Part shown: piece by piece, positions 1 through 8,224 of the stretch
Layout: the number at the start of each line of letters is the position of its first letter
How positions within the stretch are numbered: the stretch's first letter is position 1
Assembly (NCBI GenBank): GCA_963840455.1
Contig: CAWIYV010000014.1
Location: 533,469 to 597,468, forward strand
Direction of reading: 5' to 3'
Length of the DNA stretch: 64,000 bases
DNA from: Nitrospirota bacterium
Lineage (GTDB): Bacteria; Nitrospirota; UBA9217
Position numbers and translations under genes: made by a program
The notes under the pieces: generated by a model
What the model saw: the letters and a program-made list of their open reading frames with translations, nothing else
Told to the model about the DNA's origin: nothing
Databases searched by the model: none

Positions 1-63
1 ATCCTAGGAGACGAGTTACTGACAAAACTGAAGTTGAAGGCGAAGAGATTAGTGGGACAATGA
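1..63 (+). CDS. 3' end of an upstream CDS (partial, unknown product)
   Basis: Open frame ILGDELLTKLKLKAKRLVGQ ending TGA at 61-63, shortly before the RBS of the next gene. Confidence 0.3.
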   Translation: MLGDELLTKLKLKAKRLVGQ

Positions 64-110
64 AATGGATTGGACACAGGCGAAAATTAAGCTAGCAAAG
101 AAAGGAGGAA

Positions 111-1229
111 ATGACCATGAAACGCACAAGTGTAGTAGTAACGAGCAGTATGTTTTTATTCCTGAGTATAGCTGTCGTTCTGAGCAACTGTGGAGGCGGC
201 GGAGGTGGTGGAGGTGGTGGTACTCCTGCGGCTCCTGTTAGTGAAGGCTCAATAGCGAGCCCGGTAAACCTCGGCACTGCGTCAACGACTTTGACGCATT
301 CCGGGTCGATCGCCTCTTACGATACCAGTTTTTATAAATTTACGACAGGACCAACCGGCACCTATACTATCAGCCTTACAAATACAAAGTCAGACTTGGA
401 ATGGTCGCTGTGGAGCGATTCAGGATTTATCACAATAGTGGTAGATTGCGATACCTTCTCCGGTGCTCACGATGAGATTTGCTCAGCTCCGTTGTCTGCG
501 GGAACCACCTATTATCTGGCCGTTGACGAGTGGGACCACGTTGCTGGAGCGTATACTCTTACAATATCTCATTCTACACTGCCACTGGCCCCGTATATCG
601 CTGCTCAGGTCCTCACCTGGACCGGCACCCCGCCCGCTGGCTTCCCGATCCTGACAGCTCAGGTATGCACTGACTGGAACTGTGGTACGCCCATCACCAA
701 CGCCGTTGTTACGATAAATTCAACGACGCTAAGTTACAATGCAGGCGTGTATGAAGCTTCCGGGCCGATGCCGGCCGCAGGCGCCGCAGTCAACTTAAGC
801 GTGACGATCCCAGGCGGCTGGCCTGTTACGGATGGTACGTACACAGCATCGGGCACGCAATATACGACAGTCCCGAGCGTCACGAGCCCCACGGCATCTG
901 CAACGTGGGATCGTACAGTTGCCAACACCGTCACCTGGACGGCCGGATCGCCGACCACAGCATCGGAATATCTTGTAGGCATTATGGATGATCTCGGCGA
1001 TTTCTATCCGACCAATAATGGCCCTGTTCCGGTTTCGACCGCTTCCGCATCGTATATACTGCCTGCCAACAGCATCACAGCGCCAGCAGCCTATCACGTG
1101 TTCGTGGGAATCGGAACTCAAGGTATCATAGCGGGGACGGGAGGTATCAGTATATCGCCCAGCGCCACAACCGGTTCGGGGCTATGGATCGGCAGCATTT
1201 CATCAATCGTTGACATCACCGTGAACTGA
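111..1229 (+). CDS. Putative surface lipoprotein, Ser/Thr-rich, with PPC-like beta-sandwich domain
   Basis: AAGGAGG RBS; signal peptide with lipobox LSNC followed by poly-Gly; YKFTTGPTGTYTISL...DL...GTTYYLAV...GAYTL resembles pre-peptidase C-terminal domains. Confidence 0.7.
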   Translation: MTMKRTSVVVTSSMFLFLSIAVVLSNCGGGGGGGGGGTPAAPVSEGSIASPVNLGTASTTLTHSGSIASYDTSFYKFTTGPTGTYTISLTNTKSDLEWSLWSDSGFITIVVDCDTFSGAHDEICSAPLSAGTTYYLAVDEWDHVAGAYTLTISHSTLPLAPYIAAQVLTWTGTPPAGFPILTAQVCTDWNCGTPITNAVVTINSTTLSYNAGVYEASGPMPAAGAAVNLSVTIPGGWPVTDGTYTASGTQYTTVPSVTSPTASATWDRTVANTVTWTAGSPTTASEYLVGIMDDLGDFYPTNNGPVPVSTASASYILPANSITAPAAYHVFVGIGTQGIIAGTGGISISPSATTGSGLWIGSISSIVDITVN

Positions 1230-1293
1230 CATGCGGGCAGGTTGATTTCTGATCAACCATCTAGATCTGATCGTCGTTCCCGGTAATATCCGT

Positions 1294-1326
1294 AAGGCGG
1301 CCTCGACCAAGAGGCCGCCTTTTTTT
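1294..1326 (+). terminator. Rho-independent terminator
   Basis: AAGGCGGCCTC-gaccaa-GAGGCCGCCTT hairpin followed by a T tract. Confidence 0.85.
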
Positions 1327-1535
1327 GAATAAGTATATTTTATTGGATTAAAGCGCCCCAGGAACATACGGGCTCCTGGGGCTTTTGTGCTCATGAAGAT
1401 TTCTATTAGAGCTTAGAAGAGTTTTGCCATTGTTTCGATCTACTCCTGAGTGTTCATGTGCATTTTTTCAACTGGTGTTCTGCACCTCCTATTCAAAAAG
1501 CAGCATTTCAAGTTTGTTTCATACAATCAGGTTCT

Positions 1536-1576
1536 TCCATACCCGTATCAGACTCTTGATCATATGACCTCCGAAG
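1536..1576. repeat. ~41 bp imperfect direct repeat, copy 1 (copy 2 at 3024-3064)
   Basis: TCCATACCCgTATCAGACTCTTGATcATAtGACctCCGaAG vs TCCATACCCaTATCAGACTCTTGATtATAgGACacCCGcAG. Confidence 0.75.
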
Positions 1577-1752
1577 CGAGATTGCAGGGATAGGGGCGTT
1601 GAGTGCTGTACTAAAATTGTTCTAATAAATATCGAAAAGGGCATAACAGGCAAGATAAACATAATTACCGAAGTGCTTCCACTTGCTTGATTATCAATAT
1701 AAAATGGGAAACCAGAACCAAAGCAAGGGTTTCGCCAAAATTGCCTTTTCAA

Positions 1753-1798
1753 ATTCGCAATGCGGGGGCTGAGGGTTCGAATCCCTTCTCGTCCACCA
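1753..1798 (+). pseudogene. 3' half of tRNA-Ala(CGC), probable att-site remnant
   Basis: Anticodon loop TTCGCAA, 3' anticodon stem TGCGG, T-arm GAGGG-TTCGAAT-CCCTT, acceptor 3' strand ending TCC-A-CCA (U70 Ala signature); no D-arm or 5' acceptor strand upstream. Confidence 0.75.
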
Positions 1799-2240
1799 AT
1801 CTTACAATCACCTACAACCCTGCCGCAATTTCTTTTACACCCGACGGTACTAATTCTGTGATCAATGTCCTATAATCTAACCCCCCCCCATTTATTATTG
1901 GTGCCCTCTCTTGCTTCCTGCTATACTTTAATGTATCAGATCTCAGCAACCGTGAATCGATGGCTCCCGACAAAGCCAAACCCGACACTACTCACTGGAC
2001 ACGGAGAAGGAATCCAACCGGCTGCCCGCGCCGAGGGGGCCCTTTAGGTTGATCATACGGATTTACCAGCCGAGTTGGAGGTCCTCGAACACATGTGAAA
2101 GATGCCGCTGCGGGAACGAGTGAAGTGAGAAAGCAGATAACAATGAAAAGAGAGAATCATGAAAATAGCGTGCAGCATGATCGTACTCTTCCTTCCTACA
2201 TTATCGCTCAGTCATACACAGGCCAAAGGAGGGAAAAGTC

Positions 2241-2996
2241 GTGGCAAGAGAAAGTCTGACAAGGGTATTAATGTATGGGCTTGTGTGTCTGACACTGGTA
2301 CTTTCTAACTGTGGAGGCAGTGTAGGTGGGGGAGACGGTGGAGGTGGCGGTGTACCATCAGGCGCTATCGCAGGCACATGGTTTGGAACGCTGGAAGATG
2401 CAGATTTAGTTTTGCACAAACTCAAAGTCACTGCTCATACTAATAACACGGTAACGGATGAGTTCGTAGACGATTTAGCAACAAACGTTACTCATACTGT
2501 AGCGGCTGTGTCCGGTAAGACGCAGATTTTCAGCTTAACAGGGAGCGATGGCACAACTGGCGGCTTTTATGTGGACGGTAGTTTCACTCACGCAGTATTG
2601 GTAGATGATGGCGGGAATTTTGCTGTCATGCAAAAAGGCGCTACGAGCCATCCAACCTATACGACAAGCGATGCTGTGGGTACGTGGTCCGGGTTTGAAG
2701 TCGTCTTGAATGAAAATTACCGCGTCGTTGACACCTATAGCTCAACGGTGACCATTTCAACGTATCCAAACTTTTCAGTCAGTAATAAGAACGGCACTAT
2801 CACGGGCTCGTTTTCTGACTTTGATCCAGAGTATGGTGGGTATGGTGGTTTTTGGGCCGATATAACATCACCCATGATTGGCTATGCCGGGGTATTCATG
2901 ACACCGGACAAAATGTTTTTCGGCGGGCATTCCTGTGCAAAAAACGGCTATTGGCCTTTTAAGGATTGCTCATTCTCTTCATGGAACAAACAATGA
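2241..2996 (+). CDS. Putative lipoprotein with two beta-rich repeats
   Basis: GGAGG RBS, GTG start, lipobox LSNC plus Gly-rich linker; repeated IAGTWFG / AVGTWSG motifs. Confidence 0.7.
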   Translation: MARESLTRVLMYGLVCLTLVLSNCGGSVGGGDGGGGGVPSGAIAGTWFGTLEDADLVLHKLKVTAHTNNTVTDEFVDDLATNVTHTVAAVSGKTQIFSLTGSDGTTGGFYVDGSFTHAVLVDDGGNFAVMQKGATSHPTYTTSDAVGTWSGFEVVLNENYRVVDTYSSTVTISTYPNFSVSNKNGTITGSFSDFDPEYGGYGGFWADITSPMIGYAGVFMTPDKMFFGGHSCAKNGYWPFKDCSFSSWNKQ

Positions 2997-3023
2997 CAAA
3001 AATATTCATGGTATGAGCAACAG

Positions 3024-3064
3024 TCCATACCCATATCAGACTCTTGATTATAGGACACCCGCAG
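3024..3064. repeat. ~41 bp imperfect direct repeat, copy 2
   Basis: About 35/41 identity by manual alignment to 1536-1576. Confidence 0.75.
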
Positions 3065-3226
3065 TCGTCAGCCCAGGGGGTCGAGTCTGACTTATCGGTG
3101 ATCCATCTAGCCGCCGTCGCTATCCAACGCATCAACCGGAGACCGGACCTGATGAATATCGCCTGGTCCGGACCTGCTTGCAGGATCGGGCCGAGGACGG
3201 CCTTACGAAATCAGGGAAAACAAAAA

Positions 3227-4159
3227 GGTAATTATCCCCTTAGAGGGACCAACTGTATACTTGGAGAAACACCTTCCAGGCACAGGAGGCCTCTATGGGG
3301 CTGTACGACTATCGATACTATCTTGCTGATGAGAATGAATGCCGCAAGCTTCTTCATGAGCTTCGCTGGCCTGGCGGCATAGAATGCCCACGCTGTGGCC
3401 ATGAGTTTATCTGGAAGCTTGGAAGAAAAGATCGCTATAAAAACAAATGTAGACGCTGTAAATATAAGTTTACAGAAACGTCGGGCACGATCTTTGAGAA
3501 GACCAGAACGCCTATCTCCAAATGGATCTGTGCCATCGGGCTCTTCAAGGTTGGGATTTCTGCCAACCAGCTGAAGGATGAGATTCGGGTCACATACAAG
3601 GCTGCCTGGCAGATGCTTGTCAAGATCAGAAAGGCCATTAAGGGTGACCATCTCACCAGCCAGCTGTCCGGCCACATTGAAGTCGATGAAGCCTACTTTG
3701 GCGGCCGACGCAAGGGGAAGCGCGGCAGAGGTGCTGCCGGGAAAACACCGGTCATCGGTATCATCCAGAGAAACGGGGATGTCAGAACGATTGCCATCCC
3801 CAATGTGAGAAGCAAGACGCTTCAGGCCCTTGTGAAGGAGCATGTTGAGGCAGGCAGCACGATCTATACTGACAACTATATCGGCTATAGAGGCCTTGAT
3901 AATAGCGGCTTTTCTCATAAACTTGTCAATCATCAGAAAGCTTTTGTATCTCGCAAAGGGCACCACACGAATTCGATTGAAGGCTTCTGGCGGTTATCGA
4001 AACACAAGCTGTATGCTCGATACCATAAAATCTCTAAAAAGCACTTGCCGTCCTATTTGGCAGAGTCGGAGTTCAAGTATAATGAGCGTTCACACCCTGA
4101 TTTCATAAAACTGGTGCTCACGAAGCTCATATTTCAGTCCCTCTAAGGGGATAATTACC
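3227..4159 (+). mobile_element. IS1595-family insertion sequence (933 bp)
   Basis: Perfect 23 bp TIRs GGTAATTATCCCCTTAGAGGGAC (3227-3249, 4137-4159); 8 bp target duplication AACAAAAA (3219-3226, 4160-4167). Confidence 0.95.
3295..4146 (+). CDS. IS1595-family (ISXO2-like) DDE transposase
   Basis: Zn ribbon CPRC...CRRC; VDEAYFGG, YTDNY, HTNSIEGFW, YLAE motifs. Confidence 0.93.
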   Translation: MGLYDYRYYLADENECRKLLHELRWPGGIECPRCGHEFIWKLGRKDRYKNKCRRCKYKFTETSGTIFEKTRTPISKWICAIGLFKVGISANQLKDEIRVTYKAAWQMLVKIRKAIKGDHLTSQLSGHIEVDEAYFGGRRKGKRGRGAAGKTPVIGIIQRNGDVRTIAIPNVRSKTLQALVKEHVEAGSTIYTDNYIGYRGLDNSGFSHKLVNHQKAFVSRKGHHTNSIEGFWRLSKHKLYARYHKISKKHLPSYLAESEFKYNERSHPDFIKLVLTKLIFQSL

Positions 4160-4162
4160 AAC

Positions 4163-4193
4163 AAAAAAGCAGGCCGGAAACCGGCCTGCTTTT
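4163..4193. terminator. Bidirectional intrinsic terminator
   Basis: AAAAAAGCAGGCCGG-AAA-CCGGCCTGCTTTT. Confidence 0.85.
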
Positions 4194-4218
4194 GATCATT
4201 TAAAGCTCGTAGATCGGA

Positions 4219-4557
4219 CTACGGAAGGTCCGAACCTCCCACCGGGCTGAGAAGCGTGTCCCAGATCCTGGTGTTCTCGTCAACATTCGCCACTCCTCCT
4301 GCTGCCTCGCCTCTTGCTTCCGAATTGTCCATTAAGAAGGCGTCATGATACAGGGCTGTACCAATCTCCATAGGAACTTCACGTTCTCCTTTCACCGCGA
4401 AGTCCTTGCTGATTGCAGTGTCAGGGGCAGCAAATGCGCTGACATACAATTCTGTGCCAACATCCTTTCCGGCCATGATGGGGAACTCATCTGCATAAGC
4501 CACTCCGACGGCTATCGTGAACGCCATCACTGTCAATATGGTAGTAAATATCTTCAT
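4219..4557 (-). CDS. Small secreted hypothetical protein with internal repeat
   Basis: GAGG RBS; signal peptide ending AYA; repeats DVGTELY..AF / EIGTALY..AF. Confidence 0.7.
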   Translation of the reverse strand: MKIFTTILTVMAFTIAVGVAYADEFPIMAGKDVGTELYVSAFAAPDTAISKDFAVKGEREVPMEIGTALYHDAFLMDNSEARGEAAGGVANVDENTRIWDTLLSPVGGSDLP

Positions 4558-4599
4558 GGTTTATACCTCTCTTTCCATACAGCTTCATTGCTTGATTAG

Positions 4600-4627
4600 A
4601 GTATAGCACCGAACTGGCTATTGTCAA
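4600..4627 (-). promoter_or_regulatory. Sigma70-like promoter for the 4219-4557 gene
   Basis: Minus strand TTGACA-16 bp-TATACT. Confidence 0.5.
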
Positions 4628-4808
4628 GAAAGTGCGCAACTAATTGACATTGGATGGAATATATAAGGTTTTAGGGGGAGGGGAGCAAAAGCGTCAAAAC
4701 AGTGTCAATACAACCTTGTGTAAATTTTCTGCAAAGGGGATGATTGTCCATCCAAAGTATTAGCCATTGCATGGTCATCTCTTGACGCCTTTGTAGTTCG
4801 ATGATTTA

Positions 4809-4923
4809 ATTGAATCCAGGAGCGAGAGCATTCCCCGTAGCTTGCTGCGGGGTTCGTGAGCGATTAGAATAAATAGTACTACCTTGAGGATCGAGGATTC
4901 AGCTTGCTGCAGGGAGCTTCAAT
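4809..4923 (-). repeat. Double-hairpin miniature repeat element (MITE/REP-like), copy A
   Basis: Reverse complement aligns with 8038-8155; ends ATTGAA...TTCAAT; CCCCGTAGC-TT-GCTGCGGGG hairpin. Confidence 0.85.
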
Positions 4924-5018
4924 CATAATGCAGGCGGGCAGGCAGCAAATTACGAATCAATGCCTTGCAGGGAACATATGCAGGGTTTTTTCATTGGCAT
5001 CAGATGAGGAGGATGGTT

Positions 5019-5291
5019 ATGACCATGCGGTTCCCGAGGCTCACGGGCAGGATATCTATCACCGAAGAGGAGGGGAAGGTCGTCATCGCCGGGGACCCCG
5101 AAGGCCTGCGGTCCTTCGGCAGGCTCCTGACCTGGCTCGGCGATGCTGACCAGGAGCAGTGGCCCTACCTGCCGCCTGGTGGCCATGCTCATATCCACGT
5201 CTACCCGAAGGACGACCTCAGCCCGGATTCGCGTGAGGTGGAGCTGATGCGTCTGGACGCAAAGCGATCCTCCGGATCTGCAGAGCAATGA
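5019..5291 (+). CDS. Imm32-like immunity protein (tentative)
   Basis: GAGGAGG RBS; VVIAGDPEGLRSFGRLL...HxHxH pattern recalls the Imm32 family. Confidence 0.5.
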   Translation: MTMRFPRLTGRISITEEEGKVVIAGDPEGLRSFGRLLTWLGDADQEQWPYLPPGGHAHIHVYPKDDLSPDSREVELMRLDAKRSSGSAEQ

Positions 5292-5356
5292 AGCGTCTTC
5301 GGCGAGCACCCTCTCGCTCAACGCATCAGCGGAAGGCTCGATGATGCCCAGACCAT

Positions 5357-6064
5357 TCACTTCCTTCTTAATAGCCGCTCCAAACCCTTCTCCAACAGTT
5401 TTTCGGCGCCTGCCTTACCGACCTCGGTGCTCACCTCAGCGAGGATGGCAGATACGATCTGCTTCGCCACTTCTTCCGGCGGCGCGCCATTCTTTCCGCC
5501 GATATCGGTCATTTCGATCCGCGATAGCGCGACGGTCCGCGGCTTCCCGCCGAGCGCGGCAATGCGGATTTCAGTCTGGGCATTCTCGATCACGAGCCGC
5601 TTTATCCGGAGACGTTTTTCAACGCCCTTCCCGCCCCTGTCCCCGGTCCTCGACGGCTGGCCTGCCGCCAGGTTCTTCTTGAGCGCATCGACGTTCGCAA
5701 CACCGGTTTCGTTCATCTCGTAGACCACCAGCGGAGCGGCGATGCGGATGTCGTCGATCACCACGGGGTTCGAAGCGATGGTGCGGGGAGCAATGCGGAC
5801 GCTGATGCCGCCGAGCGAAAGGATATGGGGCGCCGAATACCCCGGCGGGTTTGCGACGGTCAGCCCCTCGATCGCCCCCTTGCCCTGCGCAGGACGGATG
5901 GATATGCGGTCGACCCGCACGGAGGTCCCTGTTGCTTGCGACCCGTAGCGTTCGATGGCGTTCTTGACGATCCCGTCGAGGTTTGTCCAGAGGAAGGTCA
6001 GGCCTGCGGCCAAGAGCAATCCGGCTGAGGCAAGGATCACGAGGAATTTCCGTGTGCGAGTCAT
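5357..6064 (-). CDS. AsmA/DUF748-like membrane-anchored protein
   Basis: N-terminal TM helix; IERYGSQATGT.V.V..I...LTVANPPGY motif. Confidence 0.65.
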   Translation of the reverse strand: MTRTRKFLVILASAGLLLAAGLTFLWTNLDGIVKNAIERYGSQATGTSVRVDRISIRPAQGKGAIEGLTVANPPGYSAPHILSLGGISVRIAPRTIASNPVVIDDIRIAAPLVVYEMNETGVANVDALKKNLAAGQPSRTGDRGGKGVEKRLRIKRLVIENAQTEIRIAALGGKPRTVALSRIEMTDIGGKNGAPPEEVAKQIVSAILAEVSTEVGKAGAEKLLEKGLERLLRRK

Positions 6065-6298
6065 ACTGTCTCCTGTGATGGCCGTTCGGTCATAAAACGC
6101 TGCGTCGTCCTGAGCACTCCCTTGCAAATGGACCTTTATACCGGTTGCAATGCATGAGGTCAATCGAATCCCGTATCACGCGCAACGAGCGCAGAACCGC
6201 ACAAGAGCCTTGTACTTCATTTAAGACATATTCCGCATCCGCATCTCCGGAAGAGTATCCGGTGGTTTTCAAAGCCTTCGGGAAACTCTCTCATTCTG

Positions 6299-6760
6299 TT
6301 ATTTCTCAGCTATCGCTTTCATGATGCTGTTCTTAATGTTCTGATAAAAGGGCAGAAGCTGCGGCATGAGCTCTTTCGGTCCGACTTCAGTGTCCCCGGA
6401 TACCTCGCCGGTCTGAAACTCCATCTCTACGGTGCTGTCCGCGACCTTCACCTTCAGCGTATACCCGACCGTTCCTTCATGGAAATGAAGCTGGAATGAA
6501 TCAACCGGTTTTGACCACCGATAGGACCCTTTTGCGGTGATCGTTCCTGATCCTTTATCGGACTGTTGCACGATGTTTTTGCCGCCCTGGTAGTGTTCCG
6601 ACAACCAGTTTGATGCGGCCAGGAATGCGGCGTCTTTTGTCTTGTGATGCTCCTCGCTGAATGTAACCGCTCCTTCCCCCTTATCCCCCGGGTCGTGAAC
6701 AGCGGGCAGTCCCGCACATCCTGCGAGCAGCAAAGCCAATGCCAACGCAACGTTCTTCAT
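6299..6760 (-). CDS. Lipoprotein, DUF4468-like
   Basis: Lipobox LAGC; NWLSEHY...IVQQSDKGSGTITAKG pattern. Confidence 0.6.
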   Translation of the reverse strand: MKNVALALALLLAGCAGLPAVHDPGDKGEGAVTFSEEHHKTKDAAFLAASNWLSEHYQGGKNIVQQSDKGSGTITAKGSYRWSKPVDSFQLHFHEGTVGYTLKVKVADSTVEMEFQTGEVSGDTEVGPKELMPQLLPFYQNIKNSIMKAIAEK

Positions 6761-6845
6761 AATAACGCTTTGCCTCCTTATTTGTGATAGCTGTTGAATT
6801 CGCGCAATTCGTATTGCATATCCATTGGATATCCCGTGGTTCATC

Positions 6846-8012
6846 CTATGATGTCCTGAGCGCCTCCACGATGTTCATCCTGGCTGCGCGGAACGCCGGC
6901 AGGACGCCGCCCACGAACCCCATGATGAACGAGAAGACGAGCGACCGCGTCACGATGTCCGGTGTGAGGGCAAAGGAGAAGGCGAGCTCCGAGAAGGTCT
7001 GCCAATTGACGGTCGAGACGGTGAAGAGCTGCAAAAAGGACGAGAAGAAAAGCCCCATGACGCCGCCGGCGAGGCCCAGCAGCAGGGACTCCATCAGGAA
7101 CGCGGCCATGATGCTCCTTCTGCGGAAGCCCAGGGCCCGGAGCGTGCCGATCTCGGCGGTGCGGTTGGCCACGGCCGCGTACATGGTGATCATGGCGCCA
7201 ATGACCGCGCCAAGGGAGAAGATGAGGGTGAGCGTCATGCCCATGATCCTGAGGAAGGTGGCCATCATCTCGGACTGGTCGCTGTAGTACTTCGTCTCGC
7301 GCTTCGCCTCCACGGTGAGGCGGGGGTCAGTCTCGAGACGCTCTTTCACCTTCGGGAGCTCCGCCGCGTCCCGCAGGCGGAAGAGCACGGATGAATAGAC
7401 CGGCCTGCGGAAGGCCTGCATGAGCTGGTCCACGTCGCCCCAGATCTCGGAGCTGAAGCCCGTCGCTCCCGCGTCGAAGGTCCCCACCACGGTCCAGTCC
7501 CGCATGCCGAAGCGCAGCGTCTCGTTGATCCCGCCGCCCTTGAACCGTTTCGCCACGCTCTGGCCTGCGATCACTTCCAGCGACCCGGGCCGCGGCATAT
7601 GACCCTCGATGAGCCTTACCTGCGGCCGGAGCGCGAGCGACTCCTGGCTGATCCCCCGGATCACTACGTTCGATGGCTTGTCCGTGCCGCGCTTGGGCAG
7701 GGAGATGAGGACGACCATCTCCTTGGCCAGGAGCAGCCTGCCGTCCGTGCCGACGGCGATCTCCGGCTGGGTCGCGACCAGGGCGGCCTGATCCCGGTCC
7801 ACTCCGCTCTGCACCTCCGACTGCGAGGCCTTGCGGATCACGACCATGTTGTCGGTCGAGCCGGTCGCGATCAGTGTCTTCCGGAGTCCCGCGGCCAGCA
7901 TCAGGGTCGCCGCGAATACGAAGACAACAAGCGCCATGCCCGAGGCGGTCAGCACCGTGGTAAGACGGCGGGTCCAGAGGTTCCGGAAGCTGTAGAAGAA
8001 AGGGATAGCCAT
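6846..8012 (-). CDS. ABC transporter permease, FtsX/MacB family
   Basis: RNLWTRRLTT N-terminus, periplasmic domain, RTAEIGTLRALGF motif. Confidence 0.9.
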   Translation of the reverse strand: MAIPFFYSFRNLWTRRLTTVLTASGMALVVFVFAATLMLAAGLRKTLIATGSTDNMVVIRKASQSEVQSGVDRDQAALVATQPEIAVGTDGRLLLAKEMVVLISLPKRGTDKPSNVVIRGISQESLALRPQVRLIEGHMPRPGSLEVIAGQSVAKRFKGGGINETLRFGMRDWTVVGTFDAGATGFSSEIWGDVDQLMQAFRRPVYSSVLFRLRDAAELPKVKERLETDPRLTVEAKRETKYYSDQSEMMATFLRIMGMTLTLIFSLGAVIGAMITMYAAVANRTAEIGTLRALGFRRRSIMAAFLMESLLLGLAGGVMGLFFSSFLQLFTVSTVNWQTFSELAFSFALTPDIVTRSLVFSFIMGFVGGVLPAFRAARMNIVEALRTS

Positions 8013-8037
8013 GATGAAAACCCATTCAATATTCAGG

Positions 8038-8155
8038 ATTGGCGCTCCCTGCAGCAAGCTGCAGGGAATCTTCGATCCTCAGGGTTGGTTATTATCCTAA
8101 TCGCTCGCTAGCCCCGCGGCAAGCTACGGGGAATGCGCTCGCTCCTGGATTCACC
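8038..8155 (+). repeat. Double-hairpin miniature element, copy B
   Basis: CCCTGCAGC-AA-GCTGCAGGG and CCCCGCGGC-AA-GCTACGGGG hairpins, conserved GAATGCGCTCGCTCCTGGATTCA end. Confidence 0.85.
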
Positions 8156-8224
8156 ATTCAAGAGTAAGATGCCGATGCCGTCATGATCATATTGAATTTT
8201 GAACATTGAATCTTCGGTCCGTAA

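Noticed and set aside
1700-1798. Complete tRNA gene
   Set aside because: No 5' acceptor strand, D-arm or 5' anticodon stem upstream of 1753
1968-2030. Possible c-di-GMP-I (GEMM) riboswitch
   Set aside because: Lacks the GAAA tetraloop stem and GACGCAAAGC core; retained only as an unclassified hairpin
2159-2308. Short ORF MKIACSMIVLFLPTLSLSHTQAK... with signal-like N-terminus
   Set aside because: Overlaps the lipoprotein start out of frame and has no recognisable mature domain
3145-3215. CTGATGA...hairpin...CGAAA resembling a hammerhead ribozyme core
   Set aside because: The base after CTGATGA (A) cannot pair with the C before GAAA, and stems I and III could not be built
4904-5149. ORFs beginning MLQGA.I (also the N-terminal extension of the 6846-8057 ORF)
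   Set aside because: Spurious translations of the miniature repeat element end
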